A stretch of 64,000 nt of DNA from Candidatus Paceibacter sp. (GCA_020724905.1 DYGB01000001.1:65866-129865); one strand, 5' to 3'. Counted from the first letter of the stretch, positions 29,078 to 39,301 are shown. The notes: a model not told the origin generated them from the sequence alone. A program made the numbers and translations.

Positions 29078-29907
29078 TATTTTACAAGTTTAAGTATTGC
29101 TTTATGTAAAAAAGATCTAGCTTTTGTTGGAATTATAGCTTTTAGAAAAATATAGAAAAGATGAGAACACCTAATAAGTAGAGCTCTTTTGTGCTTTAAA
29201 AATATTTTTCTATTTTTAAAAATAATATGAGCTTTACCTTTTAGTTGCTTAAGATACCTTCCTTTGGTTATTTGATTCTTGTGTTTGTAGTAGATAGTGA
29301 GAGGTTCATCGATATAACAACCCTTGAGATTCCAACCTCTTACACTCCATTCATCGTCCTCTAACCCAATTAAATCTCTATCTTCATCAAAAAGCCCAAC
29401 TGATAAAAATGAATCTCTTCTATACACATGTGAACTTGGCACACTTACCCCTACACCAGCAAGTTTCAAAAAACTAAGTTTATCTGAACTAATACCAGAA
29501 AATCGTTTTATTTCTTTTTCTCCTGTGTCCAAATATTGAATTTCATCTGCTGTATAACAAAAATCAAATTCTTTATGTTTTTCTAAAAGAGAGATTTGTT
29601 TTTCAAGTTTCTCAGGATGCCACCCATCATCAGAATCAAGAAATGCTATATAATCACTCGAAGAATTATTTATGGCCTTATTTCTAGCGGCTCCTATCCC
29701 TTTATTCTCTTGAAAGAAATATTTTATCCTTGAGTCTGACTTTGACAATTCTCCAATGACTTCTTTTGAAGAATCAGTAGATCCATCATCAGTAATTAAG
29801 AGTTCCCAATTTTTATAAGTCTGAGCTTGCACACTTTTAATACACCGGGTAATAAGATCAGACCTATTAAATGTAGGAATTATTATTGATACCAGTTTAT
29901 TTTTCAT
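29077..29907 (-). CDS. Glycosyltransferase family 2
   Basis: VSIIIPTFNRSDLITRCIKSVQAQTYKNWELLITDDGSTD, plus a DSDD (DxD) motif. Confidence 0.8.
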   Translation of the reverse strand: MKNKLVSIIIPTFNRSDLITRCIKSVQAQTYKNWELLITDDGSTDSSKEVIGELSKSDSRIKYFFQENKGIGAARNKAINNSSSDYIAFLDSDDGWHPEKLEKQISLLEKHKEFDFCYTADEIQYLDTGEKEIKRFSGISSDKLSFLKLAGVGVSVPSSHVYRRDSFLSVGLFDEDRDLIGLEDDEWSVRGWNLKGCYIDEPLTIYYKHKNQITKGRYLKQLKGKAHIIFKNRKIFLKHKRALLIRCSHLFYIFLKAIIPTKARSFLHKAILKLVK

Positions 29908-30869
29908 GATGCTTTCTCTAAAGGATTTCTACTAATAAACCTTCTCTTTATAAAAGAAACCATACGATAAATCCTTGATCCAAAAAACGAAAGAAGAAGT
30001 AAGAAAAATATATACAAATTAAACTTTCTTTTTAGGACATCAACATACACACGTCTTCCAATACTCATTTTACCAGCAAGACAATAATAATTCCCAAGAA
30101 TTCTTTTATTAAACAATAATAAAGATTCTTCAAACTCATTATATTTAGCAACGTGTTTTTCTATAAAGTATTCGAGTTCTTTTGCCTTCTTTAAAAAAGA
30201 AAGCTTTTTCCCAGCACTATCAGGCCGAGAATGCCAAAAAAATAGTGCTTCACGAATATAACCAAATGAAAAGCCAGTAAATAAAATTCTAAGATATAAA
30301 TCTCTGTCATCACTCCATTTCATGTTCTCATCGAATCCACCAACTACATTAAAAACATCTCTTTTGATAATTACACTAGAACAAGAATGAATAAAATTTC
30401 TTTTTAAAATATTTTTTTTAAAACAATCCTGCAAAGCCATTGAGTCTTGGTATATTCCAAGGGGTCTGTTGTTAGTAATCACAAAAAAGTTAGAAGCAAC
30501 AAAATCAAATCCCCCCTCCAACAAAAAATTTACCTGTCTTTCAATTTTGTTTGTAACCCATTCATCATCGTGATCTAAGAAAGCAATAAACTCACCCTTA
30601 GACTTTTTAATCCCGATATTTTTAGGATGAGCAGGGCCACCAGAATTTTTTAAAAAACGTATAACTGAGATTCTAGCATCAATTCTTTGAAAATTTTCTA
30701 TAATGCGAACCGTTCCGTCAGTCGATGCGTCATCCACAACAATTAACTCCCAATTTGGATATGTTTGTCTTCTAACAGAAGATATAGTTCGTTCTATAAA
30801 CTCTTCTGCATTATGAGTAGGGATAATAATAGAAACAGAAGGAGTGTTATTTTTTTTTAAGTTAAACAT
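29904..30869 (-). CDS. Glycosyltransferase family 2
   Basis: VSIIIPTHNAEEFIERTISSVRRQTYPNWELIVVDDASTDGT, plus a DHDD motif. Overlaps the downstream GT2 gene by 4 nt. Confidence 0.8.
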   Translation of the reverse strand: MFNLKKNNTPSVSIIIPTHNAEEFIERTISSVRRQTYPNWELIVVDDASTDGTVRIIENFQRIDARISVIRFLKNSGGPAHPKNIGIKKSKGEFIAFLDHDDEWVTNKIERQVNFLLEGGFDFVASNFFVITNNRPLGIYQDSMALQDCFKKNILKRNFIHSCSSVIIKRDVFNVVGGFDENMKWSDDRDLYLRILFTGFSFGYIREALFFWHSRPDSAGKKLSFLKKAKELEYFIEKHVAKYNEFEESLLLFNKRILGNYYCLAGKMSIGRRVYVDVLKRKFNLYIFFLLLLSFFGSRIYRMVSFIKRRFISRNPLEKAS

Positions 30870-30980
30870 AGATAATATTTAAAAAAACATAATTCTCAAC
30901 CCTATGCAGCCTAACCTAGATTGTATAGTAACACACACTTAACTCAAGATATAGATAAATTAGAACGTCTTTATCTTTTC

Positions 30981-32432
30981 TTAAGAATTATAAAATAGAC
31001 CCTTCTTGTTTTTCGTTTTTGCCAAAAAATAAAAATATCTCAAATTAAAAATGCAGAAATACAAACCAAAAATACTAAGATACATAAAAATTTTTGTTCC
31101 AGTAAATAAAAACAATCCTATTGACAAAAAGAGAACGAAAAATCTAAACATTGAGACGCTTTTTTTAAACCTTTTTTCATCAAAGTTCTTTGCTAAAAAT
31201 ATTTCCTTTTTTATACCATATTGGATAGCATCGGGAATCATGCTATACACAACATAAAACAGCGGCGCTATCAGAAAATTTACACTCAGAACGGAAATGG
31301 GGACAGCTATTTTTATAATTCTTAACAGTGAAAAAGTTACTATCTTCACTTTTGAGTTTTCTTTCATCACATTATGCAAGAAAAAAATAAAAAGCGTCAG
31401 GAGAGAAGAGAGGAAGAAGTATAAAGCGATCCCTTTCAATACCGAAACGATACTAACAATGAAAAGGAACATGCTGAATTTTATAAATGCAAACAAAGGC
31501 AATCTGTCGCAAAACTTTTTTGTAGTTCTCAGGGTTGGATTTTTTTCACGCGATATTGCGAAACAATCATTCATTGCATATCCTATTTCATAAATACTGT
31601 AAAATCCGACAATGGCAATAAAAAACAACATGATATTTAAAAAAGAAAAAGGTATTTCTATCATAAAAAAATTCACTGCTTGGGGGAAGATAAACATCGA
31701 TATCAAAAAATCCTTGAGTGACAGAGAAGATCTTCTTCTATATAAATCGTAAGAAAACGGAGAAAAAAAAGAGTGTGTGCGAAACTCCGGGTTAAAGCTT
31801 GTAACAAATGTGTTTATACCAAAACCATTCCACCACTCCTTCTGAAATTTTAAATCCCAGCTATAACTATAGATAACGGCATTTGCTTTACCAAATAATT
31901 TAAGAAGTTCAACATCGCTCTTATTATCAGAAAAGCAAAACGATTTATCAAAATCTATATTCTTTTTCCATTCTTTTTCCGCAAAGATTTCCTGCTTCTT
32001 TCCGAGTAAATCTTTTTTTAAAACACCAGTACATCGATTATTGATAAAATCAAGTTCCGACGATTTCCAATTGTCAAATCCAAGTTTACGAGCAAATACC
32101 TCGGCAGTGCAATCTATTGTTCCAGAAATAAGTAGAGTTTTATATCCTTTCTCCTGTAAAAGAATGGATTTTTCAACTATTTCATTGTTTAAATATTTTT
32201 TTGAATATTCAAAAAAATCCTCCGTTCCTTTTCTGAGATCTTCTCGAGAAAACCCCTCTAGAAGATTCAACGATTTTTTTCGAAAATCAAAAATAAATTT
32301 TAATTCCCGAAAAATAAGGAAAAATGCATATCTTATTTTTGAACGTCTCCACAAAAAATAACCTATAAAATCAAAGGTTGTATTTACATTTACTAAGGTA
32401 TCATCAAGGTCAAAAACAGCGATTTTTCTCAT
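30981..32432 (-). CDS. Fusion protein: N-terminal HAD-superfamily hydrolase plus a C-terminal polytopic membrane domain (divergent UbiA-prenyltransferase-like)
   Basis: HAD motif I at the N-terminus (IAVFDLDDTLVN). The C-terminal ~230 aa have 7-8 TM helices and a UbiA-like block (YAMNDCFAISREKNPTLRTTKK) in which the usual Asp residues are partly replaced. Confidence 0.5.
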   Translation of the reverse strand: MRKIAVFDLDDTLVNVNTTFDFIGYFLWRRSKIRYAFFLIFRELKFIFDFRKKSLNLLEGFSREDLRKGTEDFFEYSKKYLNNEIVEKSILLQEKGYKTLLISGTIDCTAEVFARKLGFDNWKSSELDFINNRCTGVLKKDLLGKKQEIFAEKEWKKNIDFDKSFCFSDNKSDVELLKLFGKANAVIYSYSWDLKFQKEWWNGFGINTFVTSFNPEFRTHSFFSPFSYDLYRRRSSLSLKDFLISMFIFPQAVNFFMIEIPFSFLNIMLFFIAIVGFYSIYEIGYAMNDCFAISREKNPTLRTTKKFCDRLPLFAFIKFSMFLFIVSIVSVLKGIALYFFLSSLLTLFIFFLHNVMKENSKVKIVTFSLLRIIKIAVPISVLSVNFLIAPLFYVVYSMIPDAIQYGIKKEIFLAKNFDEKRFKKSVSMFRFFVLFLSIGLFLFTGTKIFMYLSIFGLYFCIFNLRYFYFLAKTKNKKGLFYNS

Positions 32433-33352
32433 TTTTTAAAAACAAAATTTCCTCCGTATTCTTTAATATTTGATAGATCTCCTTCTATCTCATGGATATC
32501 TCCATTTTCATCAATATAATGTGATTTATATCCCATATTTCGAAGAAGTCCTACGGCCTTCATCGATATGTTTTTTCCCATATTACCACTCCATACCTCA
32601 AGAATTACAATAGGAGAATTGCTTCTTAGAAAAATTTCTCCTCCTTCAAGTACTGATTTCTCCCCACCCTCCACGTCTATTTTCAAAACCGAGGGGGTTA
32701 TGTTTTTAGATTTTATGTACGAATCCAATGTTATCGTATTAATATTATGTGATTCAGAATAATTCCAACTTTCCCATTCTTTCATATTAACTGTATCTTT
32801 ATTTAATGTGCTTATACCAGAGTTTTCTTTTGAAGTATACAGCTTTGATCTTCCTGTAAAACTTGAAATTGCTAAATTCTCAATAAATGTATTTTCTCTT
32901 TTCCCATTTTTGAGAAGAAAATAAAAAACCTTTGTGTTCGGCTCAAAAGAACATACCTTCTTGCAAATTTCTTGAGCGAGATATGTATAAAATCCATAAT
33001 TTGCCCCTATATCAAAAAATACGTCGTTTCCTTGAAGATTCTTAATAAGATACTTTACAAGTCGAAATTCCTCATCGTTTCCACTCGGAAATCCAAAAAC
33101 AAAAATTCTAAATGACTCCCAATCTAATACGGGAATTCTAATAAATTTTCCAAAGACAAGTTTTATATCTCTTTCTCTTCTCCCTAAAACACCAAGTTTA
33201 AAAAGAAGAGAATAAAAATATAGCTTAGGAAAAGAAAAAAGTCTTTTTATTTTCTTTTTAAAACCTGGTCCAGATATTTTTTCTAATCTCTTTTTATTTT
33301 CTTCTGTCTTTTTCAATAAAGACAAAAAGATAATTGTTTTAGGATTTGACAT
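32429..33352 (-). CDS. FkbM-family methyltransferase (Methyltransf_21)
   Basis: VFFDIGANYGFYT SAM-binding motif and a ...KIDVEGGE... block, typical of FkbM. Confidence 0.75.
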   Translation of the reverse strand: MSNPKTIIFLSLLKKTEENKKRLEKISGPGFKKKIKRLFSFPKLYFYSLLFKLGVLGRRERDIKLVFGKFIRIPVLDWESFRIFVFGFPSGNDEEFRLVKYLIKNLQGNDVFFDIGANYGFYTYLAQEICKKVCSFEPNTKVFYFLLKNGKRENTFIENLAISSFTGRSKLYTSKENSGISTLNKDTVNMKEWESWNYSESHNINTITLDSYIKSKNITPSVLKIDVEGGEKSVLEGGEIFLRSNSPIVILEVWSGNMGKNISMKAVGLLRNMGYKSHYIDENGDIHEIEGDLSNIKEYGGNFVFKK

Positions 33353-33848
33353 ATATAAATTATATCTTCTAATCTATTCCAATTTAAGAACATGTTTTTT
33401 TAATGATGGTCCGAGTCTAAAATTACCATTACTTTATCATTGTCACTTATTAGTTCTCTATATCTATAATTTCTTTTGGTGTAGATGAACCGGATAAACA
33501 TTTTATTCTTTTATGTCTTGGTTTATCTTTTCTACCTTTGATATCTATCGTTATTATCTTCCTATTATTTACTAAATCACATATAAAAGCATGGGGCACT
33601 TCTTTCGTGTATAGTCCCAAGTTTAGTCATTATATATTGTATGTGGTCTTATTTCAAAAATTTGTATACGTCCACCACTTTTTTGAGACTCCTTCCTGTA
33701 TTGAGAGGTGTCTGTATCATACACTGAAAGGGAGAGAGAAGACCTTTTGTTCCTTTCCATGTATTGAAACACATCATATATGAGCCCTACAAGACAGCCT
33801 CATGTATGTGAACTTATGTAATATTAAATACAAATTTAACAAAAAACC

Positions 33849-34637
33849 TCATAAATATATAACTCCTATACCCGCCCATCCTTGGCTATAATCATGTACT
33901 AATTCAACATTTCTATGTTCACCTTTAATTTCATCCCAGAAAGAATTAACTTCACAACCAGAATCTTTGGAATGAACACAAATATCATGAAATGCAATAA
34001 TTCCACCATTTTTTACAAGTCCGCTATATAGCTGGAAATCTTTCTTCACTCCTTCATAAGAATGATCCCCGTCTATGAAGAGAAAATCAATCTTTCTTTC
34101 TTTTAAAATGTCTTTAATCTGGTTTATCATACTACTAGAATGAGAATCCCCCCTTAAAAGAAAGAGACTCTGCTTCTTCTTTGTAAAAGATCTAAAAAAG
34201 GGAGATTTCACTTCTGAGTACCCTCCCCCAAAATCACCGCCTGGAAGATCTATACTTATCAAAGTTGCTTCATCTAAGCCAAGTTTAGAAAAACAAAAAA
34301 GCGTTCCTCCTCTAGCAGTTCCGATCTCAACTACCACCTTTGGTTTTTGTTCTTTATAGCGCACGAGTAAATCTAAAAATTCTGAGTCAACCTGCATAGG
34401 AGCAAAACTACTAAAAAAAGATTCTTTTATAAAATTAAATACATCAACCTCATTGGTGGAATTAAAGTTTGCTATTTTCCTTACTACATATCTCTTAAAC
34501 AAAAACAAATACAAATTAATAAGAAATATTTTTATTCTAAAAAACATTGCCTTGCCTATACGAAAAAGTAGATAAAAAAATCCTTCGCTTTCTAAAATTT
34601 TCTTAATTTTTCCTTTATTGTTTTTTAACAAATCCAT
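33849..34637 (-). CDS. Class I SAM-dependent methyltransferase (Methyltransf_24 / CmcI-TylF-like O-methyltransferase)
   Basis: VVEIGTARGGTLFCFSKLG...FIDGDHSYEGVKKDFQLY...GGIIAFHDI is the hallmark arrangement of this family. Confidence 0.75.
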   Translation of the reverse strand: MDLLKNNKGKIKKILESEGFFYLLFRIGKAMFFRIKIFLINLYLFLFKRYVVRKIANFNSTNEVDVFNFIKESFFSSFAPMQVDSEFLDLLVRYKEQKPKVVVEIGTARGGTLFCFSKLGLDEATLISIDLPGGDFGGGYSEVKSPFFRSFTKKKQSLFLLRGDSHSSSMINQIKDILKERKIDFLFIDGDHSYEGVKKDFQLYSGLVKNGGIIAFHDICVHSKDSGCEVNSFWDEIKGEHRNVELVHDYSQGWAGIGVIYL

Positions 34638-34713
34638 AATGGTTTCTTTAATAATCTAGTTAAGGTGATAAAAAATAAAACTACTTTCATATACAATTTA
34701 CTTATATATTATT

Positions 34714-36882
34714 TTATCCAACAAACTGAACATCCCTCCACTCTCCAGAATTAATATACTCCCTAATCATATCGAGCCCCTCTTTCCTATCAGGCCTAAT
34801 ATATTCTAACCAATCAGCAGCTTCTAAGGCCCGCTCTTTATTCCTTTCCTTATAATAATGCTCTAACAGTGTATACACAACAATATCAGACCCATTGTGG
34901 TTCTTTACCTGTGCTGGATTCAATTCCATGCCCTCCTTAACTTCTTCGAATGCTTTTTCAAACTCCCCTTGAGCAGCATGGAGCGTAGAAAGAACAAAGT
35001 GACCACTTGCAACTCGCTCTTCTAATCCTAGTGTATATTCCATAACTTCAAAAGCCTCATCATATCGATCCTGACGAGCAAGATTTAATGCAAGGGCATA
35101 TTGTACATCCTGTCTTTGAGGAGAAAGTTCAATTGCTTTACGAAATGCTTCTTCAGCATCACTATAATATTCAACAAGACCTCTCTTCCCTAACTCCTCA
35201 TATGCTTCCCCAATTTTCACATAATACCGAGGATTATACGGTTCAACCGACGTTACCTCTTTCATCTTCTCAATAGCTTGTAGTAAGAGCTGTTTTTCAC
35301 TTTCTTTACCTTCATAGATATCAATTGCATTTCCAATAAAGTGGGTGCGGATAACATTCTGAGCATAGGTATAAGGAGTAAAGTACTCCTTAACACCCTC
35401 AGAAAGCTCTGAGGCGCTCATTTCCCCACGAGTAAAGGATATATACCCTTTCACCTGAAAAAATGGAACAACAGTCCAGGCGATAAAGCTAAAGACAAGA
35501 AACAGCCCTACAACCCCCACTTTCCCAGTAACCATCCATGAAGGGATGTGATTGGAAAGTTTTTCTGTAAGGGTACATTCAAATCGTTTCTCGTGTAGTA
35601 AAGGAAGAGTAGCAAGGGCAATAAATGAGAAGAACGGAATATAGGTAACAACAGAATCAAATACAAATAAGTTCTGGATAAAATACGCAACACCAAAGAA
35701 TAAAAGAGAAGAAGAAATCATTGATACTTTCTGACGAATAATCTGCCACAGCGCAACAATCCACATTCCCATATACGCAAGAAATCCAAGGAGTCCCTGC
35801 ATGACAAGCACATCAAGTACCTTGTTGTGAGCCCTATCAAACCATGCTTGTTCATAGACAAAGTATTCAGGATTATAGTGCGCATTATACGCAATATGGT
35901 AGTTTTCCTGTCCCCATCCAAAAAGAAACGTGTCCCAGCCATTTTTTACAGGATTCATTGCATCAAGACTCACCCCAATAGCAATTAAACGAGTCTGCAC
36001 TGTTGCATTATCAAAGGTAATTTGAGAAAGACGATCAAGTCCAGGAATTGTTTTCCATACATCAGCATCTCTCATGGTGAAAAATAGTCCTCCCCCAAGG
36101 ACAAAAAGAATAAGAATTCCTCCTCCAATCTTTTTAAGATGTGGAGATACATGCTTCCCTTTTATATATACATAAAGAGCAACAACGAACAGTCCACCCA
36201 AAATACCAACCATAACTCCCCGAGTCTCAGTTACAATAATTCCAAATAAAGATATAAATATAACAAGGGTAGAGATAAGTTTCCAAAATGATTTTAACGC
36301 CTGAGGATACCCACTATCTTTCCGATACTCATGCATCACAAGTAAGCTTGAAAGGATCACAAAAAGAAACACAACAGCAAGATAAATAGCATTCCCAGTA
36401 TATGAAGATGGACGTTCTTGTCCTCCAAGAAACTGAACCATTTCATGGATAAAAAGAGCCACCCCTGAAAACATGGTTAACTGAAAAAAACGAATCCAAT
36501 GTTTCCATTCAAATAGCACAAGAGCTAGTACATAGAACCCAAAGAAATATAGTATCCCTAAAAAGCCTTCACCTCTTTCTAGATCTCCAAAAAATGCACG
36601 GTACATATCTGGAGCAAATAAAACACTTATACCAACAAAAAATAAAAAGAGGGATGTAAGTATGAATATTTTTTGAGAAAATAGAGTCTTTAGTCTCTCA
36701 ACTACTTCTTTTCTAAATACAGAAGATCGCATCATCGCTATCCCAAGAAGTAAAAAGACTGTGGAAACAACCCCCTGCACAAAAAGAACTTTCCCGCTTA
36801 CAAAAGGAAAGAATAATGACTTAGAAGTAATAAGAGGAACAAATGCCAAAAGCAATAAAAGGAATCGAGATATACTTTTCAT
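34714..36882 (-). CDS. O-antigen ligase-like (Wzy_C) polytopic membrane protein with C-terminal TPR repeats
   Basis: About 12 TM helices, including a Wzy_C-type loop (TETRGVMVGILGG). The C-terminal ~220 aa are soluble and TPR-like (YYVKIGEAYEELG..., AEEAFRKAIELSP...). Confidence 0.75.
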   Translation of the reverse strand: MKSISRFLLLLLAFVPLITSKSLFFPFVSGKVLFVQGVVSTVFLLLGIAMMRSSVFRKEVVERLKTLFSQKIFILTSLFLFFVGISVLFAPDMYRAFFGDLERGEGFLGILYFFGFYVLALVLFEWKHWIRFFQLTMFSGVALFIHEMVQFLGGQERPSSYTGNAIYLAVVFLFVILSSLLVMHEYRKDSGYPQALKSFWKLISTLVIFISLFGIIVTETRGVMVGILGGLFVVALYVYIKGKHVSPHLKKIGGGILILFVLGGGLFFTMRDADVWKTIPGLDRLSQITFDNATVQTRLIAIGVSLDAMNPVKNGWDTFLFGWGQENYHIAYNAHYNPEYFVYEQAWFDRAHNKVLDVLVMQGLLGFLAYMGMWIVALWQIIRQKVSMISSSLLFFGVAYFIQNLFVFDSVVTYIPFFSFIALATLPLLHEKRFECTLTEKLSNHIPSWMVTGKVGVVGLFLVFSFIAWTVVPFFQVKGYISFTRGEMSASELSEGVKEYFTPYTYAQNVIRTHFIGNAIDIYEGKESEKQLLLQAIEKMKEVTSVEPYNPRYYVKIGEAYEELGKRGLVEYYSDAEEAFRKAIELSPQRQDVQYALALNLARQDRYDEAFEVMEYTLGLEERVASGHFVLSTLHAAQGEFEKAFEEVKEGMELNPAQVKNHNGSDIVVYTLLEHYYKERNKERALEAADWLEYIRPDRKEGLDMIREYINSGEWRDVQFVG

Positions 36883-36969
36883 ATCTATCTATAATATCAG
36901 AAGAAATACACAAGGCAAACAAAAAGACCCCACGAGGGGGTCTTTTTGAGACTGATTAACGATCTACGC

Positions 36970-38826
36970 TTATTTATTTACGTATACGTCAGCTGTTTTG
37001 AATGTATCTGACATATATGTTGAGCTGTAGGTCATAGTAGCAGCATCTACGTCATCTGCATCATCCCAAACAACGCTTGCAAGATAGAAGTGGTAATAAG
37101 CTGCTGCTCCGATGCTTGCTTCACCAACGGCGAAGTTAACAGCGAAAGTAGCGGTTGAACCATCACTAATCTTATAAGAGTTTGTCAATGATGTTACACC
37201 TGAAGTTGGCTCCTGGTAAGAAACGCTTACGCCAGTTGTTGTAGCATATGAAGAGCTTGCAACAACGATAGAGAAACCACTTGTCTTAGGGATGTATACA
37301 TCACCTCCGTTAGCTGTTACTGAGATGTTGAATGAACCAGTCAATGTTCCTGATGCAACATCTGTTGCTCCTGTCCAGCTCACTGATTTGCTGTTAAGAG
37401 CAAAGCTAGGAGCTGCTGCAGAGATGTACATTACATCAGAAGAAGCTGAACCAGAAATTGAACTAGTTACTCCTCCTTCTGAGTTGTAAGAAACGATTGA
37501 TGATGTTGGTACAGAAGATACTGTTGATGTAGCAGCTGCTGCTGTTGCACCACTGTAGCTAACTTTCAAAGTAAGTGTCTTTGTTGTGTCTTTTGCAACA
37601 TGCAAGATATCTTCCATGTCACTAAAGGTAGCAACGTTTGAAGTTACTTCTGCTGATGCCAATAATGATGATCCATCATAAAGGTATGCAACTGTTTCTG
37701 TAGCCAATCCACCGAAGTTCATTACGATTTGGTCAACCTTTGCCATATCATCCTTTGTTTTAAGGTCAAGAGCAAAGATTGTTGCTTCTGTAACGTCACC
37801 CTGACTGTTTGCAACAATAGCTGTTGAAGCAGGTGAGTTTGCACTCTTTGAGATTGTCAAAGAAGCGGTATCAGCTAAGTCACTATTAATAGTGAATGCT
37901 CGGCTAATAGGGTTTGATGGTCCATACTGATTAATACCAGCTGCGTCCATTGCACGTACTCCATTTTCAGGAACAGTCAATGTTGTTGAAACAGCGTATG
38001 TTGATTCTACTGTTGAGTAGATATCAACTTTTACAGTAAGAACTTTTGTTGTGTCCTGAGGAACAACAAAGTTAAGACCTGTGAAGTAGATGTAGTAGTC
38101 ACTTCCTTCCTTGATAACTGAACTTGAGTTCAAGTCAACTTTCTGAAGAAGTGATGATCCATCATAAAGACCAAGAGCTGTCATTTGCTTTGTGTAAGCT
38201 GTGATAGCTGATCCAATCTTTACTTTCACACGTTCAACTTTAAGATCTGAGTTCTGGGCTTTAACTTTAATACCCATTACTGCAGCATCACTGTCACCTT
38301 CATATACCTTTGTTCCTGCTGCTGGTGATGGGTTCAATTCAACTGTCATGATACCTTCATCTCCAGAAAGAGCTGGTGTTGGGGTAGCTGTAGGTGATGT
38401 TGTAGGTGATGTTGTTGGAGTTGGTGTTGTTGCAACCATAGCATTAAAGTGTGCTCGGGTTACTGGACCAAAGTATCCAACTGCTGGTGAAATACCAACT
38501 GAAGCTTGATAGCTTGCCAACGCTGCTTTAGTCAAAGGACCAAAGTATCCTGTTGGGTTTACTTTCAAGAATCCTTTTTCAAAAAGGAATTGTTGAAGAG
38601 CGCTAACATCTGCACCTTGTGAACCATCTGTGAGGTTGCTGTTGTAGGTGTATAATGCTGTGCTTCCTCCTGTACTTCCGCTATTTAGCTGTGTTTGCAA
38701 TGCTTGAATCTGTGAAAGAAGAGCAGCAATTTGTGCTTGCAATTCTTCTACAGTCTGAGCTTGTGCTGGAACTGCTGTTCCAACAACTGCAAGAGCTAAA
38801 GCGAATAATGCAACTTTTTTTAACAT
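36970..38826 (-). CDS. Secreted cell-surface (S-layer-like) protein with a peptidoglycan-binding domain, a Pro/Thr-rich linker and a large beta-rich domain
   Basis: Signal peptide (MLKKVALFALALAVVGTAVPAQA) and a coiled-coil. PG_binding_1 (DVSALQQFLFEKGFLKVNPTGYFGPLTKAALASYQASVGISPAVGYFGPVTRAHF). Linker TTPTPTTSPTTSPTATPTP. T/S/A-rich C-terminal part. Confidence 0.75.
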   Translation of the reverse strand: MLKKVALFALALAVVGTAVPAQAQTVEELQAQIAALLSQIQALQTQLNSGSTGGSTALYTYNSNLTDGSQGADVSALQQFLFEKGFLKVNPTGYFGPLTKAALASYQASVGISPAVGYFGPVTRAHFNAMVATTPTPTTSPTTSPTATPTPALSGDEGIMTVELNPSPAAGTKVYEGDSDAAVMGIKVKAQNSDLKVERVKVKIGSAITAYTKQMTALGLYDGSSLLQKVDLNSSSVIKEGSDYYIYFTGLNFVVPQDTTKVLTVKVDIYSTVESTYAVSTTLTVPENGVRAMDAAGINQYGPSNPISRAFTINSDLADTASLTISKSANSPASTAIVANSQGDVTEATIFALDLKTKDDMAKVDQIVMNFGGLATETVAYLYDGSSLLASAEVTSNVATFSDMEDILHVAKDTTKTLTLKVSYSGATAAAATSTVSSVPTSSIVSYNSEGGVTSSISGSASSDVMYISAAAPSFALNSKSVSWTGATDVASGTLTGSFNISVTANGGDVYIPKTSGFSIVVASSSYATTTGVSVSYQEPTSGVTSLTNSYKISDGSTATFAVNFAVGEASIGAAAYYHFYLASVVWDDADDVDAATMTYSSTYMSDTFKTADVYVNK

Positions 38827-39301
38827 ATCTGATTTTTTTGCTTTAGATTAATTAACTTTTATAAAACGAATAACAAAACTTTCTGTCCGTTACCCCCTCT
38901 TTATTACCGACCCGCTGCTTCATCGGTGAGGACGAATCAGCTTAGCGAATAAACGAAGTTCGTAACGCACATGTGAATTTAAAGGCCTCCCTCTGGAAGC
39001 CAGTGGGCATACCATCAATCCAATAAAGAAAAGATAGTATACCCACTGGATCCCAGAAAAAGAAAAACTCACTAGTGGTAGTGAGACAAAAAACAAACTG
39101 GTATTACAAAATACCAAAAACGTATGTTCCGCCTCACTCCCACAGGCTTTATGCCTATGGACAGAACGTATATTGTTATAACGTACTTATATAGTATAAG
39201 ACATTGTGCATATCGATGCAAACCAGTCTTCATATAGTACAACGAGATAGAACCAGAAGTGTTACAAAACCTCCCTTTTCACCATTACAAAAAGACTTCT
39301 A

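Noticed and set aside
38920-39117. 65-aa ORF in the region upstream of the surface-protein gene; possible tmRNA, SRP or RNase P gene
   Set aside because: The ORF has no SD and sits in a hairpin-rich leader. I could not find the conserved tmRNA tag/ALAA reading frame, the SRP domain IV motif or RNase P P4 blocks by eye, so I left it as an uncharacterised structured region.
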